IMG/VR virus record: IMGVR_UViG_3300025392_000867
Coordinates: 1-48,966 of that record
DNA: 48,966 nucleotides
Origin: a virus
Taxonomy: Duplodnaviria > Caudoviricetes
Reading direction: 5' to 3' (one strand)
Under the pieces are notes generated by a model. That model ran no database searches and was not told the origin of the DNA. It saw nothing but the letters and a program-made list of their open reading frames with translations. Positions 1 through 9,272 of this stretch are shown in pieces; the stretch's first letter is position 1; every line of letters begins with the position of its first letter. Made by a program: the position numbers and the translations under genes.

Positions 1-80
1 TCATTAACATAATAGCCTCCTTAGGCGCATACATATACAACGCCTAAGGAAACTAATTAGTTGACAAATTTTGAGCAAAT

Positions 81-100
81 AAAAAGGGCCCTTAGGCCCT
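81..100 (-). terminator. intrinsic terminator for the minus-strand cluster
   Basis: Minus strand AGGGCC-TAAG-GGCCCT followed by a T-rich tract, just downstream of ORF 139..405. Confidence 0.6.
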
Positions 101-138
101 AGTGAATGTTACGCTATTCTGGCGAACGAAGCTATGCT

Positions 139-405
139 TTATTTCTTGGCGCCGGTATTGACGAAGCCATAGAACTTTTCAGCCGCTTCCAATACTTTCT
201 CAAGTCCTGGAAACTCTGGCATTGCTACTGAACTTACAAGCTGTCCAGTTTTTTCATCACGCTTGGCGGAGACTTCCCAGCCTGCGAACTTAGCGTGGTA
301 CTCTTGTTCAACATGTTGTTTAGCCAGTGCTAATACATCTGCACGGATTTCATATCCGTTTTTGTTGAACTTAACTTCGGGTAGTTTTGGAGTAAAATCA
401 GACAT
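139..405 (-). CDS. hypothetical protein (88 aa)
   Basis: ORF coupled to upstream gene (TAATG overlap), AAGGAG RBS. Confidence 0.75.
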   Translation of the reverse strand: MSDFTPKLPEVKFNKNGYEIRADVLALAKQHVEQEYHAKFAGWEVSAKRDEKTGQLVSSVAMPEFPGLEKVLEAAEKFYGFVNTGAKK

Positions 406-611
406 TATTTTGCTCCTTTGTAAACTGAGTCTTTAGCACTAGAAACTAGAGTTTGTGCCAATGTAAGAGTTGTATCAACCCAACCTTGATAAAACTTAGT
501 TTGTGCTTCAATTAATTTGATTAGTTCTTTCTGAACTACTTCATCCTTAACGCATGAGTTAACGATTACTTTTTTTCCGCTTTGAATGGAATCGATTAGT
601 GTATTAAACAT
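405..611 (-). CDS. small helical protein, possibly phasin-like
   Basis: AAGGAGA RBS preceded by ACAC-rich leader; amphipathic helical pattern; the phasin label is a guess. Confidence 0.55.
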   Translation of the reverse strand: MFNTLIDSIQSGKKVIVNSCVKDEVVQKELIKLIEAQTKFYQGWVDTTLTLAQTLVSSAKDSVYKGAK

Positions 612-677
612 ATTGTTCTCCTTGTGTGTATGTTTGTGTGTTACAACAACTTCTGCTGTTGTAGTATTATATATGCC

Positions 678-1232
678 TTATGCTAAAAAAGCAAGAGGTT
701 TTGTGATGCGTTTGTTCAAGTAGTCTACCACGGCTAGATTACTGTCAGTAGCTTCTTTTACATAGGTATACATATTGGCATAAGGGAGCTCAATACTAGC
801 TAGTGTTTCTCCTAGTTCGTTCTCCATGACAATACCGTATTTGCTACACAGGTGTTTAATGGTACTATTGGCACTTAAACAAACCATACAGCCTTTTCGT
901 ATGTTGCGTGTGCGACACCATTGGATACAACGTTTCATAAGACTATTACCTAAACCCTGTCCTTGGTAATCTTTCAATACTGAAAATGCCAATTCCATAC
1001 CATCCTCAAGGGCGATATGTCCTACTGCTATAAATTCTAACTGCTCGTTTTCTACAGCAAATAGAATATGTTGTTTAGTATTGGCTTCGAACCGGTCACA
1101 AAGTGTGTCCAAGACGTAGTCGCTAACTGTATAGCCAAACCGTAATATCTTAGATTCTGCATCAAGACATTTAAGGTGCTGACGATATTTGGTATATTCG
1201 TGTGGCAGTACACGACGAACTGTAGTATGCAT
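678..1232 (-). CDS. GNAT family N-acetyltransferase
   Basis: Acetyl-CoA motif A: FSVLKDYQGQGLGNSLM. Confidence 0.85.
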   Translation of the reverse strand: MHTTVRRVLPHEYTKYRQHLKCLDAESKILRFGYTVSDYVLDTLCDRFEANTKQHILFAVENEQLEFIAVGHIALEDGMELAFSVLKDYQGQGLGNSLMKRCIQWCRTRNIRKGCMVCLSANSTIKHLCSKYGIVMENELGETLASIELPYANMYTYVKEATDSNLAVVDYLNKRITKPLAFLA

Positions 1233-1235
1233 CGA

Positions 1236-1328
1236 TTATATCCAGTGTTGGCCTCGTAATATAGCTTCTGCACGAGCTTGTTGTACTGCTTTGATAATTT
1301 CATAGAAATCTTTAAGAAATTGTTTCAT
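1236..1328 (-). CDS. small protein (30 aa, MKQFLKDFYEIIKAVQQARAEAILRGQHWI)
   Basis: Read manually; fills the gap, ATGA overlap with upstream ORF. Confidence 0.55.
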   Translation of the reverse strand: MKQFLKDFYEIIKAVQQARAEAILRGQHWI

Positions 1329-1423
1329 TGATGTACTACCAAATAAGCTATAATAGCTACGATTGCCCACATGGCAAACTTAGGACCGTATTCCTTTTCG
1401 AATTTTGCAATAGCTTCTGCCAT
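1325..1423 (-). CDS. small membrane peptide (32 aa)
   Basis: Read manually: MAEAIAKFEKEYGPKFAMWAIVAIIAYLVVHQ; GGGGA RBS; hydrophobic C-terminus. Confidence 0.5.
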   Translation of the reverse strand: MAEAIAKFEKEYGPKFAMWAIVAIIAYLVVHQ

Positions 1424-1424
1424 A

Positions 1425-1613
1425 TTAAAATCCCCTTGCCCAGATATAACCTTGTTGGTTATTAGCGTGATACTCGCGAGTTAAACGATCTACATCGCCT
1501 TCGCTTTGTGGGTTGTTACTAACAATGTAATACTCTAATCCACTACCGTAAGTTTGTGGCTTACTAAATTGATTTGCTAGGTTTTTGACCCAGTTTGATA
1601 TGATTTTTAACAT
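1425..1613 (-). CDS. hypothetical protein, DUF3563-like
   Basis: AAGGA RBS, minus-strand TAAATA at 1676-1681; LEYYI...DVDRLTRE pattern resembles DUF3563. Confidence 0.55.
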   Translation of the reverse strand: MLKIISNWVKNLANQFSKPQTYGSGLEYYIVSNNPQSEGDVDRLTREYHANNQQGYIWARGF

Positions 1614-1718
1614 TTTGTGTTCCTTTTAAGTGTATGTGTAATATCAGTAGAAACGTTATCATGGTTTCTACTGAGTATTTAGCAAGTATACGTGGCTCTG
1701 CACAAATTATCAACTTAT

Positions 1719-1757
1719 TTGAAACTAATTTAATTAGACTGTATAATTCAATAAATA
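1719..1757 (+). promoter_or_regulatory. sigma70 promoter plus TAAATA late promoter
   Basis: TTGAAA(1719)-17 nt-TATAAT(1742), then TAAATA(1752). Confidence 0.65.
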
Positions 1758-1776
1758 ACACATAACGAGAAAGAAC

Positions 1777-2028
1777 ATGCGTAAAAGCACACGTAGTATT
1801 CTACAAGAACTTAGCGATATTGGCATCAGCCGCGATACCGACCTAGTAATAGAAAGCCGCGGCAGTAACATCATTCAAAGTGCTGTTAACTTGCTGGCCA
1901 TGATACGTGAAAACTATGACGTGGAAACAGCCGCAGAGCTAGAACGTAGGTTCATTAACAGTATCAAAGCTAATGATGTTACCAAGTTCAAACGTGGCAT
2001 CAAACGTATTCAGGAATCAAAAGAATGA
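1777..2028 (+). CDS. hypothetical late protein (83 aa)
   Basis: ORF following a late promoter. Confidence 0.75.
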   Translation: MRKSTRSILQELSDIGISRDTDLVIESRGSNIIQSAVNLLAMIRENYDVETAAELERRFINSIKANDVTKFKRGIKRIQESKE

Positions 2029-2867
2029 GCGGTAACGCACTTAAAAAATTAGGCATAGCACCATTACATGAAAACCCAACTGTGGGTGTACTTGTACGTT
2101 TAACTCCGGCACAGTATTTAGAAGTTAAACAGGGTCTGATGCCTGTGTTAGATTCAATCGGTGATACTGGCTTTTGGCAAGCAGGTGGTGCAGGAAGTTT
2201 TGACCCTGAACACAAGTATGCCCATAAGGGTACTACAAAAATCGATTCAGGCGATGTAGATGTGTTCATAGATACAGCTCGTGTTAAGCAAAAGTTAAAG
2301 TTAGATCCTAACATGGATGACAGTGGTGTTCGCAAAGTAATTGCACAGCACATGTCTAAACACTACCCTATGAATCCCATAGGTAAAAATGTACACATAG
2401 GCTATCCTACTGGGCATGAAATAGAAGGATTGCCCACATACTTTCAAATAGATTTAATGTGTATGGAACATGCACATGAAATCGGACGTCATCACGAACA
2501 TGACTACTCTGTTAAAGACAGTCCTTATGGCGGGCAAGATCAGCAGTTTGCCTTGAGTAGTGTAATCAATACTATACCAGGACATCCTCCTAAAACATTC
2601 CAATACAACGGATTTGGTGGTGCATTACAGAATCGTGCTACTGGCGAAGTTATTACCCGTGATGTGGATAAAGTAGCAGAACTAGCACTAGGTCCAGGAC
2701 ATACTTCCAATGACTTGGGCAATGCAGAAAGCATCATAGCCGCAGTTGGCGGCATCAACAGCCCACGGTTAGAGCAATTCCGTGCGGACATGGCTAAAAA
2801 GTACCCACAGCTAAAAGAAGGTACTGTTGACTGGTTCAAATTAATCAGCCAAAAATTAGCCATATAA
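2025..2867 (+). CDS. putative Pol-beta-superfamily nucleotidyltransferase
   Basis: GAGS...SGDVDV (G-S, DxD) and a later FQIDL third acidic residue. Confidence 0.6.
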   Translation: MSGNALKKLGIAPLHENPTVGVLVRLTPAQYLEVKQGLMPVLDSIGDTGFWQAGGAGSFDPEHKYAHKGTTKIDSGDVDVFIDTARVKQKLKLDPNMDDSGVRKVIAQHMSKHYPMNPIGKNVHIGYPTGHEIEGLPTYFQIDLMCMEHAHEIGRHHEHDYSVKDSPYGGQDQQFALSSVINTIPGHPPKTFQYNGFGGALQNRATGEVITRDVDKVAELALGPGHTSNDLGNAESIIAAVGGINSPRLEQFRADMAKKYPQLKEGTVDWFKLISQKLAI

Positions 2868-2964
2868 CTACCAAAATAAGTATTCGGACTAAATAATATT
2901 ACAAAGGCTTTTTAATAAGCTGTTCGCAGAGTGCGAACTGTAATGGTAAGATTAGGAGAATATT

Positions 2965-3663
2965 ATGCCATCACTATTAGGTACATACGTCGCGGCCAAT
3001 TATGGTCGTATGACATCGATCGACACATACGGCGGTCTAACATACAACAACTTCGGAACACGTAACTTAGCGTTTTTGAAGATTTCAGCTGTTAACACAA
3101 GCTCAACAACAGTTCTAGACTTCACAGCAGCCGCTGGTCCAGATACTGATGCTTCGAACATTTCTGGTTACGCTCAACAAATTTCAACATTTGATCCAGC
3201 AGTTAACCAAACTAACGCTACTAAGTCATACTTAGACAGCAACAGCTACTTTGCAGTAGCAGTTCGTACACTACAGCAATTTGCTGAAGTTTACATGGTT
3301 GGTACTCCATACTCAACAGGTTCTGGTTCTTCATTGACATCAGGATTTATCGTTGCAGTAGCATTGGATACAGCTAGTGACTCTGGTACAGGTTATACAG
3401 TTGGTTCTAAGACAGCTCCATCAGCTAGTAACACAGAAGTATTAGCTTACCCAACATTAGGTACAGCAAGTGCAACTGGTACTACAAACAGCTTTGGTAA
3501 CCTACAGTATCAATTAGCAATCGCTACAGCTACAACAGCTACAGCTTCTAGTGCTAACGGTCCAGCAACAGTTACAGCTCAGCCAGCCGCTATCACAGTA
3601 ACTCAAATTTTCCCATATGGTACAAGTTTAGTTGCAGTTGGTGGTTCAGCTACAGCAGTTTAA
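2965..3663 (+). CDS. putative virion structural protein (Ala/Thr/Ser-rich)
   Basis: Late promoter, AGGAGA RBS, biased codon usage, own terminator. Confidence 0.65.
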   Translation: MPSLLGTYVAANYGRMTSIDTYGGLTYNNFGTRNLAFLKISAVNTSSTTVLDFTAAAGPDTDASNISGYAQQISTFDPAVNQTNATKSYLDSNSYFAVAVRTLQQFAEVYMVGTPYSTGSGSSLTSGFIVAVALDTASDSGTGYTVGSKTAPSASNTEVLAYPTLGTASATGTTNSFGNLQYQLAIATATTATASSANGPATVTAQPAAITVTQIFPYGTSLVAVGGSATAV

Positions 3664-3697
3664 TAGCTAGTTTATTCTCAGGGATGGGAAGCAAATC

Positions 3698-3720
3698 AGG
3701 ACTCCTCGGAGTCCTTTTTT
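3698..3720 (+). terminator. intrinsic terminator
   Basis: AGGACTC-CTCG-GAGTCCT then a T tract. Confidence 0.85.
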
Positions 3721-3762
3721 GTTGGCTTAAATAACACTAGGCCACACTGAAGGAGAATATAC

Positions 3763-4017
3763 ATGGCAAACAAAATAACACCAGAAGAACTTGAAAAGAT
3801 ATTTGCAGAAGCAGAAGCAATTCATCCTGGCAGAAACTTTTCACCCATATATCAATTTTTTATTCCAAATGGTAGTTCCAGTATAGGAGTTGGCAATGTG
3901 CAAGCCATTATGCCTATAGTTGAAAATCTTGTATTTGCAGGATATACTATCGACCGTAAACCTGTGTTTGGCAACCCAATCCCAGAAGAAACTGATCAAA
4001 ATACTACAACGGCCTAA
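3763..4017 (+). CDS. hypothetical protein
   Basis: AAGGAG RBS, late promoter. Confidence 0.7.
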   Translation: MANKITPEELEKIFAEAEAIHPGRNFSPIYQFFIPNGSSSIGVGNVQAIMPIVENLVFAGYTIDRKPVFGNPIPEETDQNTTTA

Positions 4018-4020
4018 TGT

Positions 4021-4422
4021 ATGGAATACAAGTTATATACACTCGTTGATATAACACACACCAAACAACACAGGGCAGAGGTTGGAAAAGAAAACCTACG
4101 TTGGAAGGAACAAAACTTTCAAACTGTATTGCAAACACTTGGTATACGAGCCAATGTGGTATATGATACCGAACCAGGTGTGTCTGAGGTAAGAGGCAGG
4201 GTGGTAGGATTTGACACTGATGAAATCTTACGAGTATGGCGCTTTGACTTTAGTACTGAACGAGAGTTTGTCTACGAGTTGAATGGTAATCCTATTGGAG
4301 CATTGATAGAAGATTTCACCCTAGTGCCTTATGTCAGTGGCCTTGATGAAAGTATGACACAGAAATATGCAGTGTTTAATCCAGAAGATCCTGGCAAAAA
4401 CATTACTTTTTTCCAAAAATAA
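4021..4422 (+). CDS. hypothetical phage protein
   Basis: ORF in late operon. Confidence 0.75.
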   Translation: MEYKLYTLVDITHTKQHRAEVGKENLRWKEQNFQTVLQTLGIRANVVYDTEPGVSEVRGRVVGFDTDEILRVWRFDFSTEREFVYELNGNPIGALIEDFTLVPYVSGLDESMTQKYAVFNPEDPGKNITFFQK

Positions 4423-4531
4423 TAAATACTAACAAGAAGGCACACAAGAGAAAATTCAAGGCAATCAACGACTTTAGGCACATACCCTATATCAAGGGAC
4501 CTGACTTAAACAAATACGGAGATGCCTTCAA

Positions 4532-4933
4532 ATGGCTACAAAAGAAGCAGTTGCACAACTAGCTACACTACCTGAGCGTGTAAGTGTATTAGAAACCAAA
4601 GTAGAGAATGTCAACGAAAAACTTGTCGACTTAAAGATTGACGTCAAAGACATGCACGACTGCTTGGATCAAACACGTGATCGTGTACTAGCACAGTTAG
4701 ATGTTATGACCAATGAATATCGTACTAATGCTACCAAATATTACGACCATGCTAATCATCTAAACGAACTACAGACAGCACAACATAACGAACTAGCCGG
4801 TAAGATAAGCGAATTAGAAAAAGTTAAAAGCAAATGGACCATGTATGCTATGGTAGGCCTAGCATTTGCCGCAGGTACTGGCTGGATTAACGCTACTAAC
4901 TTTCCACAGATTTTAAAGTTCTTAGGCTTGTAA
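4532..4933 (+). CDS. coiled-coil protein with C-terminal TM helix
   Basis: Heptad pattern, then WTMYAMVGLAFAAGTGWI. Confidence 0.7.
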   Translation: MATKEAVAQLATLPERVSVLETKVENVNEKLVDLKIDVKDMHDCLDQTRDRVLAQLDVMTNEYRTNATKYYDHANHLNELQTAQHNELAGKISELEKVKSKWTMYAMVGLAFAAGTGWINATNFPQILKFLGL

Positions 4934-4949
4934 TTCTGTTAAATACAGA

Positions 4950-5648
4950 ATGAACGTCAAAGAATTATTCATCGATCCCAATCCACATCATCACGAGCTT
5001 AACCCAAAGCTCTGGGATAATAACCAACTACGTAAAAAAGTTAGATTTAAGCTATTACGAATAGCTAGGCATTTTGCTGACTATTTGAATGTAGATCGTT
5101 TACATTTGAAAGACGTAACATTGAGTGGATCCAGCGCAGGCTACAACTACAGCGATTACAGCGATATAGATTTGCATTTAGTTGTAAGCAAAACTGACGG
5201 CAATGATGAATTATACACGGCCAAAAAGAACTTGTATAATAACGAGCATGACCTAGCTATTGTTGACATTCCTGTAGAGCTATATGTACAACCAGCAGAT
5301 CAAACGCACCACAGTGCTGGTATTTACAGTGTATTAGATGACAAATGGATCACTGAGCCAGTACACGAAGAGCCTACCGTTGATCCTAAGGATATCAAAG
5401 CTAAAGCTCGTAATTATGCTGGTAAAATAAACTCTGCTATGCGTAGCGGAGATATTGCTAAATGCCGTCAAACAATGGACGATTTAAAACGCCTACGCAA
5501 AGCAGGTTTAGAATCTAATGGTGAACAAAGCGTAGAAAACCTAGCTTTCAAGTTACTCAGAGCTAGGGGACAAATTGACAAATTGCGTAAATACATAACT
5601 AAACTAGAAAGTGCTGAATTAAGCCTTGGAGAACACAATGAAGATTAA
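4950..5648 (+). CDS. nucleotidyltransferase (Pol-beta superfamily)
   Basis: LSGSSAGYNYSDYSDIDLHL (GS...DxD) and PVELYVQ. Confidence 0.75.
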   Translation: MNVKELFIDPNPHHHELNPKLWDNNQLRKKVRFKLLRIARHFADYLNVDRLHLKDVTLSGSSAGYNYSDYSDIDLHLVVSKTDGNDELYTAKKNLYNNEHDLAIVDIPVELYVQPADQTHHSAGIYSVLDDKWITEPVHEEPTVDPKDIKAKARNYAGKINSAMRSGDIAKCRQTMDDLKRLRKAGLESNGEQSVENLAFKLLRARGQIDKLRKYITKLESAELSLGEHNED

Positions 5649-6573
5649 AGATATACTAGACAAATACCGTATGCTTGAAGATGATACAATGAAAATCAAA
5701 TCCGTCAATGGAAATGATGTTACCATTGATCAAGGCGGCACTGAGATTAAAACAACAGCAGATTCATTGTTGCCCGATGCAGAGCATCCAGGACAGTATC
5801 AAATGAAAGCACCTGATCCTAGTAAGATGACGCCAGGCGCAACTATTACTCCAGCTACTAGCGAAGATCAAGGAACAAATCCAGCGGCACAACAATATGT
5901 ACAACAGTTATCTGCATTTATGCAACAAGCTAGTCAGCCATGGGAAAAGGTACAACTACAAAAACGTCTTGATGCTGTAAAAAATGGAGATGTTCCTCAC
6001 AACGCCCAAGGCGGCGCAATAAAGGTATTACCTCCAGCAGAGTGGGAAGCTAAAACGGATCCTAAGATTATTGCTCGTGTAGTTGGTAAAGAAGGTATGA
6101 GTCCAGAATATCTCAAGACACACGGTATGATGGATCGTACACTTGACTATCTAGGATTTGAAGCTCAAAGTCCTTATCCAAGTCGCAACCCAGGTACACC
6201 AGCTGCCGCAGATGCCGCCGCACAAGCCAATACTCCTGCAAAACCTGTACAAAGTGTTATACCAAGCCGTAACAATCCAGGACTAGATAAATTACAAAAT
6301 GTTGATCCTTCTATGTGGGGCAAAGATCCTAGTACAAAACCAGTGCAGAGTGTTATGCCAAGTCGTAATGCTAATTCTTTTGAAGGACACAAAGATACTA
6401 TTGCACAGGGCGGTGGAGATGTTGGTGGTGATGCTACAGACAGTTTTATTGACCAAGTACGCGACAAAGGCTACGAGCGTAAGAATCGCGGATCAAGCGG
6501 TGCTAGCTCAAAAAGTACATTAAGTGAAAAAGACGAATTGTACAAGTGGTTGACTATTGCAGGGCTCAAGTAA
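5638..6573 (+). CDS. putative internal head protein, low complexity
   Basis: GGAG RBS favours ATG 5638; MKIKDIL N-terminus; C-terminal ELYKWLTIAGLK. Confidence 0.6.
   Translation: MKIKDILDKYRMLEDDTMKIKSVNGNDVTIDQGGTEIKTTADSLLPDAEHPGQYQMKAPDPSKMTPGATITPATSEDQGTNPAAQQYVQQLSAFMQQASQPWEKVQLQKRLDAVKNGDVPHNAQGGAIKVLPPAEWEAKTDPKIIARVVGKEGMSPEYLKTHGMMDRTLDYLGFEAQSPYPSRNPGTPAAADAAAQANTPAKPVQSVIPSRNNPGLDKLQNVDPSMWGKDPSTKPVQSVMPSRNANSFEGHKDTIAQGGGDVGGDATDSFIDQVRDKGYERKNRGSSGASSKSTLSEKDELYKWLTIAGLK
6240..6368 (+). repeat. intragenic direct repeat (KPVQSV[IM]PSRN x2, 96-nt spacing)
   Basis: aaaacctgtacaaagtgttataccaagccgtaa versus aaaaccagtgcagagtgttatgccaagtcgtaa. Confidence 0.8.
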
Positions 6574-7193
6574 TGAAATCATTCAGACAATATCTCGCAG
6601 AGGCAGATGACCTTAATACACAAGTTAGTAGTACTATAGGACAACTTGTTCCTACGCCTGCACCAACGGTTGATACAGATGGTCCAGGATATTCACTTGA
6701 TAGTGCTAAAGGTTTTAAAGATGCTATCAGTAAAGATTTAGGTAGTCAAGATCCAGAATTAAATGCACAACTAGATAAACTTGTTGTAGCAGAACCAGAC
6801 GGCACCGTCGACGTTGACCAAACATTTTACAATATGGTAGAGATGATGGACAATGATGTGATGCCAGCTATGCTTAATTTTGTCAAGCAAATGATCGACT
6901 CATTTACACAGCTTACCAAAAGCCCAGAGTGGTCACAGGTTAGTCCAGCCGATCAAGCTAGTGTGATACAAAGTATCAAAGATATGCAGGCCAGCCTACC
7001 AAAAATAGAACAAGAAATAGCCGCCGCACATGCAGAGTTTGAAAAGAACAAAGGCATGATGCAACAAAATATTAAAGATCGCAAACTGAACCAACAGCTC
7101 AAAGGTCCGGCACCTGTTACTCAAGCACCTCCTGCTACAGTTCAAGAAGATGCAGAACTAGCTCGCTGGCGTAAGATTGCCGGACTAGCATGA
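6573..7193 (+). CDS. putative internal head protein
   Basis: TAATG coupling; N-terminus MKSFRQYLAEA resembles the T4 capsid-targeting sequence; C-terminal ELARWRKIAGLA. Confidence 0.6.
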   Translation: MKSFRQYLAEADDLNTQVSSTIGQLVPTPAPTVDTDGPGYSLDSAKGFKDAISKDLGSQDPELNAQLDKLVVAEPDGTVDVDQTFYNMVEMMDNDVMPAMLNFVKQMIDSFTQLTKSPEWSQVSPADQASVIQSIKDMQASLPKIEQEIAAAHAEFEKNKGMMQQNIKDRKLNQQLKGPAPVTQAPPATVQEDAELARWRKIAGLA

Positions 7194-7444
7194 AAATCAG
7201 CGAATTAATGGCCGGGCTCATCCAGCCTGAAACAACTAAGAACAAGTACAGCATACTTGATGGGTTTTCTATTTGGATGAGTAATGAAGAAGCTGAGTTG
7301 TTAGAGCGTCTTAACAAACCTGTCAAGTTGCGTCATCTCAGTGAACATGATCAAGTCAGAGTTCAGTCCCTGATTCGCAAGAGTCTGGTAAGTAAAGTTG
7401 GAATGGAAGACCCAACAGTAGTTGCCAATGAAAAAACAAAATAA
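7190..7444 (+). CDS. hypothetical protein
   Basis: Overlapping operon ORF; MKISEL N-terminus. Confidence 0.7.
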   Translation: MKISELMAGLIQPETTKNKYSILDGFSIWMSNEEAELLERLNKPVKLRHLSEHDQVRVQSLIRKSLVSKVGMEDPTVVANEKTK

Positions 7445-7889
7445 CAAGAAAAAACCACAAGCTAAAGTTATTAAAGAATTAGCCAGTCAGTTTGAACAAG
7501 AGCTAAACAAAACTTTACCTATAGCTATACAGCCTAACGGCAGTATAGTTTATAAGCATTATCTAATTAAAACTGATCAGAAGGGAGACTGGGCTATTTA
7601 CAAGCCAGGCGTAATAGATCCGTTAGGTGTTTTCTATCTTAAGACTAGTGCGCTTATGGCCACTCGTGCATATGATAGAAATAATCTAAACAAAATGTTT
7701 GAAATTAAACAATTAGATACAGACTATAAAAATAATCACATAGATAGCTTAATTTTTGCAAATAGTATTAAAAAAGCTAAGGATTTTAACAGATATCTAG
7801 TATTATTAAACAAATTAGAATACAGCCAAGAACGTGCCGAGCATTTTCAGGATAAGATTTCCAAGATGTTTAAGTGGTCGTTCGTATAA
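7428..7889 (+). CDS. hypothetical protein
   Basis: ORF in operon. Confidence 0.7.
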   Translation: MKKQNNKKKPQAKVIKELASQFEQELNKTLPIAIQPNGSIVYKHYLIKTDQKGDWAIYKPGVIDPLGVFYLKTSALMATRAYDRNNLNKMFEIKQLDTDYKNNHIDSLIFANSIKKAKDFNRYLVLLNKLEYSQERAEHFQDKISKMFKWSFV

Positions 7890-7919
7890 ATACATACAAT
7901 AGAAGCTTAGGATACTACC

Positions 7920-8906
7920 ATGCAAATTAGAGAATTATCAAAACCAATTAAAGCTAGTCAGCTTAACGAAAGCCTAGCACAAAAGTTTGGTTACAAACTT
8001 AATCTAGCAGAATTCAGCGATGTGCAACTAGAAGATGCACGTAACAAGCTACGCACCAAACTAAGTCAGTTTGAAGTTAGCGAAAGTTATGATAGTGTTG
8101 CAACTAGTCCACAGTATCAAAAAACTCGCATTATGCTTGATTGTATTAATCAAGAATTATTAGAGCGTGAAGATGGTAAATGTTCTAGCTGTCATCAAGA
8201 CCCATGCGAATGTGAAGTAGACGAAAGCATGGATGACAAAGCTATGGAGGAAAAGGCCGCTATGAGTAAAAAAATCAAAGCTGACAAAATGAAACAAAAG
8301 GCTATGGAAGCTAGTATTCCAACTAGCTGGATCAATAGCGCATTACAGCGTATTGAGCTAGACGAGGCAGACTCAGAAGAATTGGCAGCAGAATTAGTAA
8401 CACGTTACGATCTAAGCGAAAGTCGTGCAAACTATATCGTATACCTAGCAGAAGGCGAAGAAGAAAAAGCTGAGAACATCATGGCTAGTAAAGATATGGT
8501 TGACCAAATTACTGGTTGGCTAGAAGATACAGCCGCATTGAAGGCTGAACAGCTTTTAGAATTAACTGACTCTATAAGAGAGACAATGGGCAGTGAAGTT
8601 GCTCAACAATATAATGATGCAGTTAAACCTGCATTAGAGGCAATCTATACAGCATTAGAGACAAGTCGTCAAGGTTTAGCAAAAGGCCTAGCAATTTTAT
8701 CAGGCGGTGAAGTAGATACAATGGGCGCACCTGCAATGGGTGCTCCAGAAGGCGGAGAAGATGCAATGGGTGCTCCAGCAATAGGCGGTGAAGAATTACC
8801 TCCTGAGCCAGCACCTGAACTAGCAGGCAGAGAAAAACGTGAAAGCGTTGACTACAGTCGTCGTTTAGGCATGTTATTAGCTTCAACACAATCAAAAAAA
8901 AAGTAA
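7920..8906 (+). CDS. acidic helical protein, putative prohead core/scaffold; ends at a slippery site
   Basis: TATAAATA promoter, E/A-rich, LxE motifs; ends TCA AAA AAA AAG TAA. Confidence 0.6.
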   Translation: MQIRELSKPIKASQLNESLAQKFGYKLNLAEFSDVQLEDARNKLRTKLSQFEVSESYDSVATSPQYQKTRIMLDCINQELLEREDGKCSSCHQDPCECEVDESMDDKAMEEKAAMSKKIKADKMKQKAMEASIPTSWINSALQRIELDEADSEELAAELVTRYDLSESRANYIVYLAEGEEEKAENIMASKDMVDQITGWLEDTAALKAEQLLELTDSIRETMGSEVAQQYNDAVKPALEAIYTALETSRQGLAKGLAILSGGEVDTMGAPAMGAPEGGEDAMGAPAIGGEELPPEPAPELAGREKRESVDYSRRLGMLLASTQSKKK

Positions 8907-9241
8907 ATGAAACATCAGATCCGTTAGTACGTGTACTAGCGGGTCTCCAAGCTTCAGCTAACAACGCTGGCCAATCAGACACTATTGATTGGGACACATT
9001 AAATCACGAAATGACATCAAGAGGTACATCGTTAGGCGTTAATCGTCACGATGCGTATCGTGCATTTGCCAAACGTTGGGAACAAGAACCCGAACTTAAA
9101 AATTATGTAAAACGTTTTGATGGCGATGGTGCAGTACTCAAAACAGGTAAAGGCGAGCCTATGCCAAATCAAGGCGAACCAAAAAAGTCAATGAAAGCTG
9201 GCGCCGCAATGGCCGCTACAAAACGAACAGATAAGGCTTGA
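8903..9241 (+). CDS. -1 frame extension of 7920 gene (contains the annotated 9011..9241 ORF)
   Basis: Frame is open from the slippery site (VNETSDPLVRVLAG...) to 9241. Confidence 0.6.
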   Translation, partial: VNETSDPLVRVLAGLQASANNAGQSDTIDWDTLNHEMTSRGTSLGVNRHDAYRAFAKRWEQEPELKNYVKRFDGDGAVLKTGKGEPMPNQGEPKKSMKAGAAMAATKRTDKA

Positions 9242-9272
9242 CAACATAAGGTCATATAGTTTAATATACTGT

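Noticed and set aside
3675-3690. TTCTC-AGGGAT-GGGAA hairpin resembling a CsrA site
   Set aside because: Single short instance in a 3' UTR; insufficient evidence.
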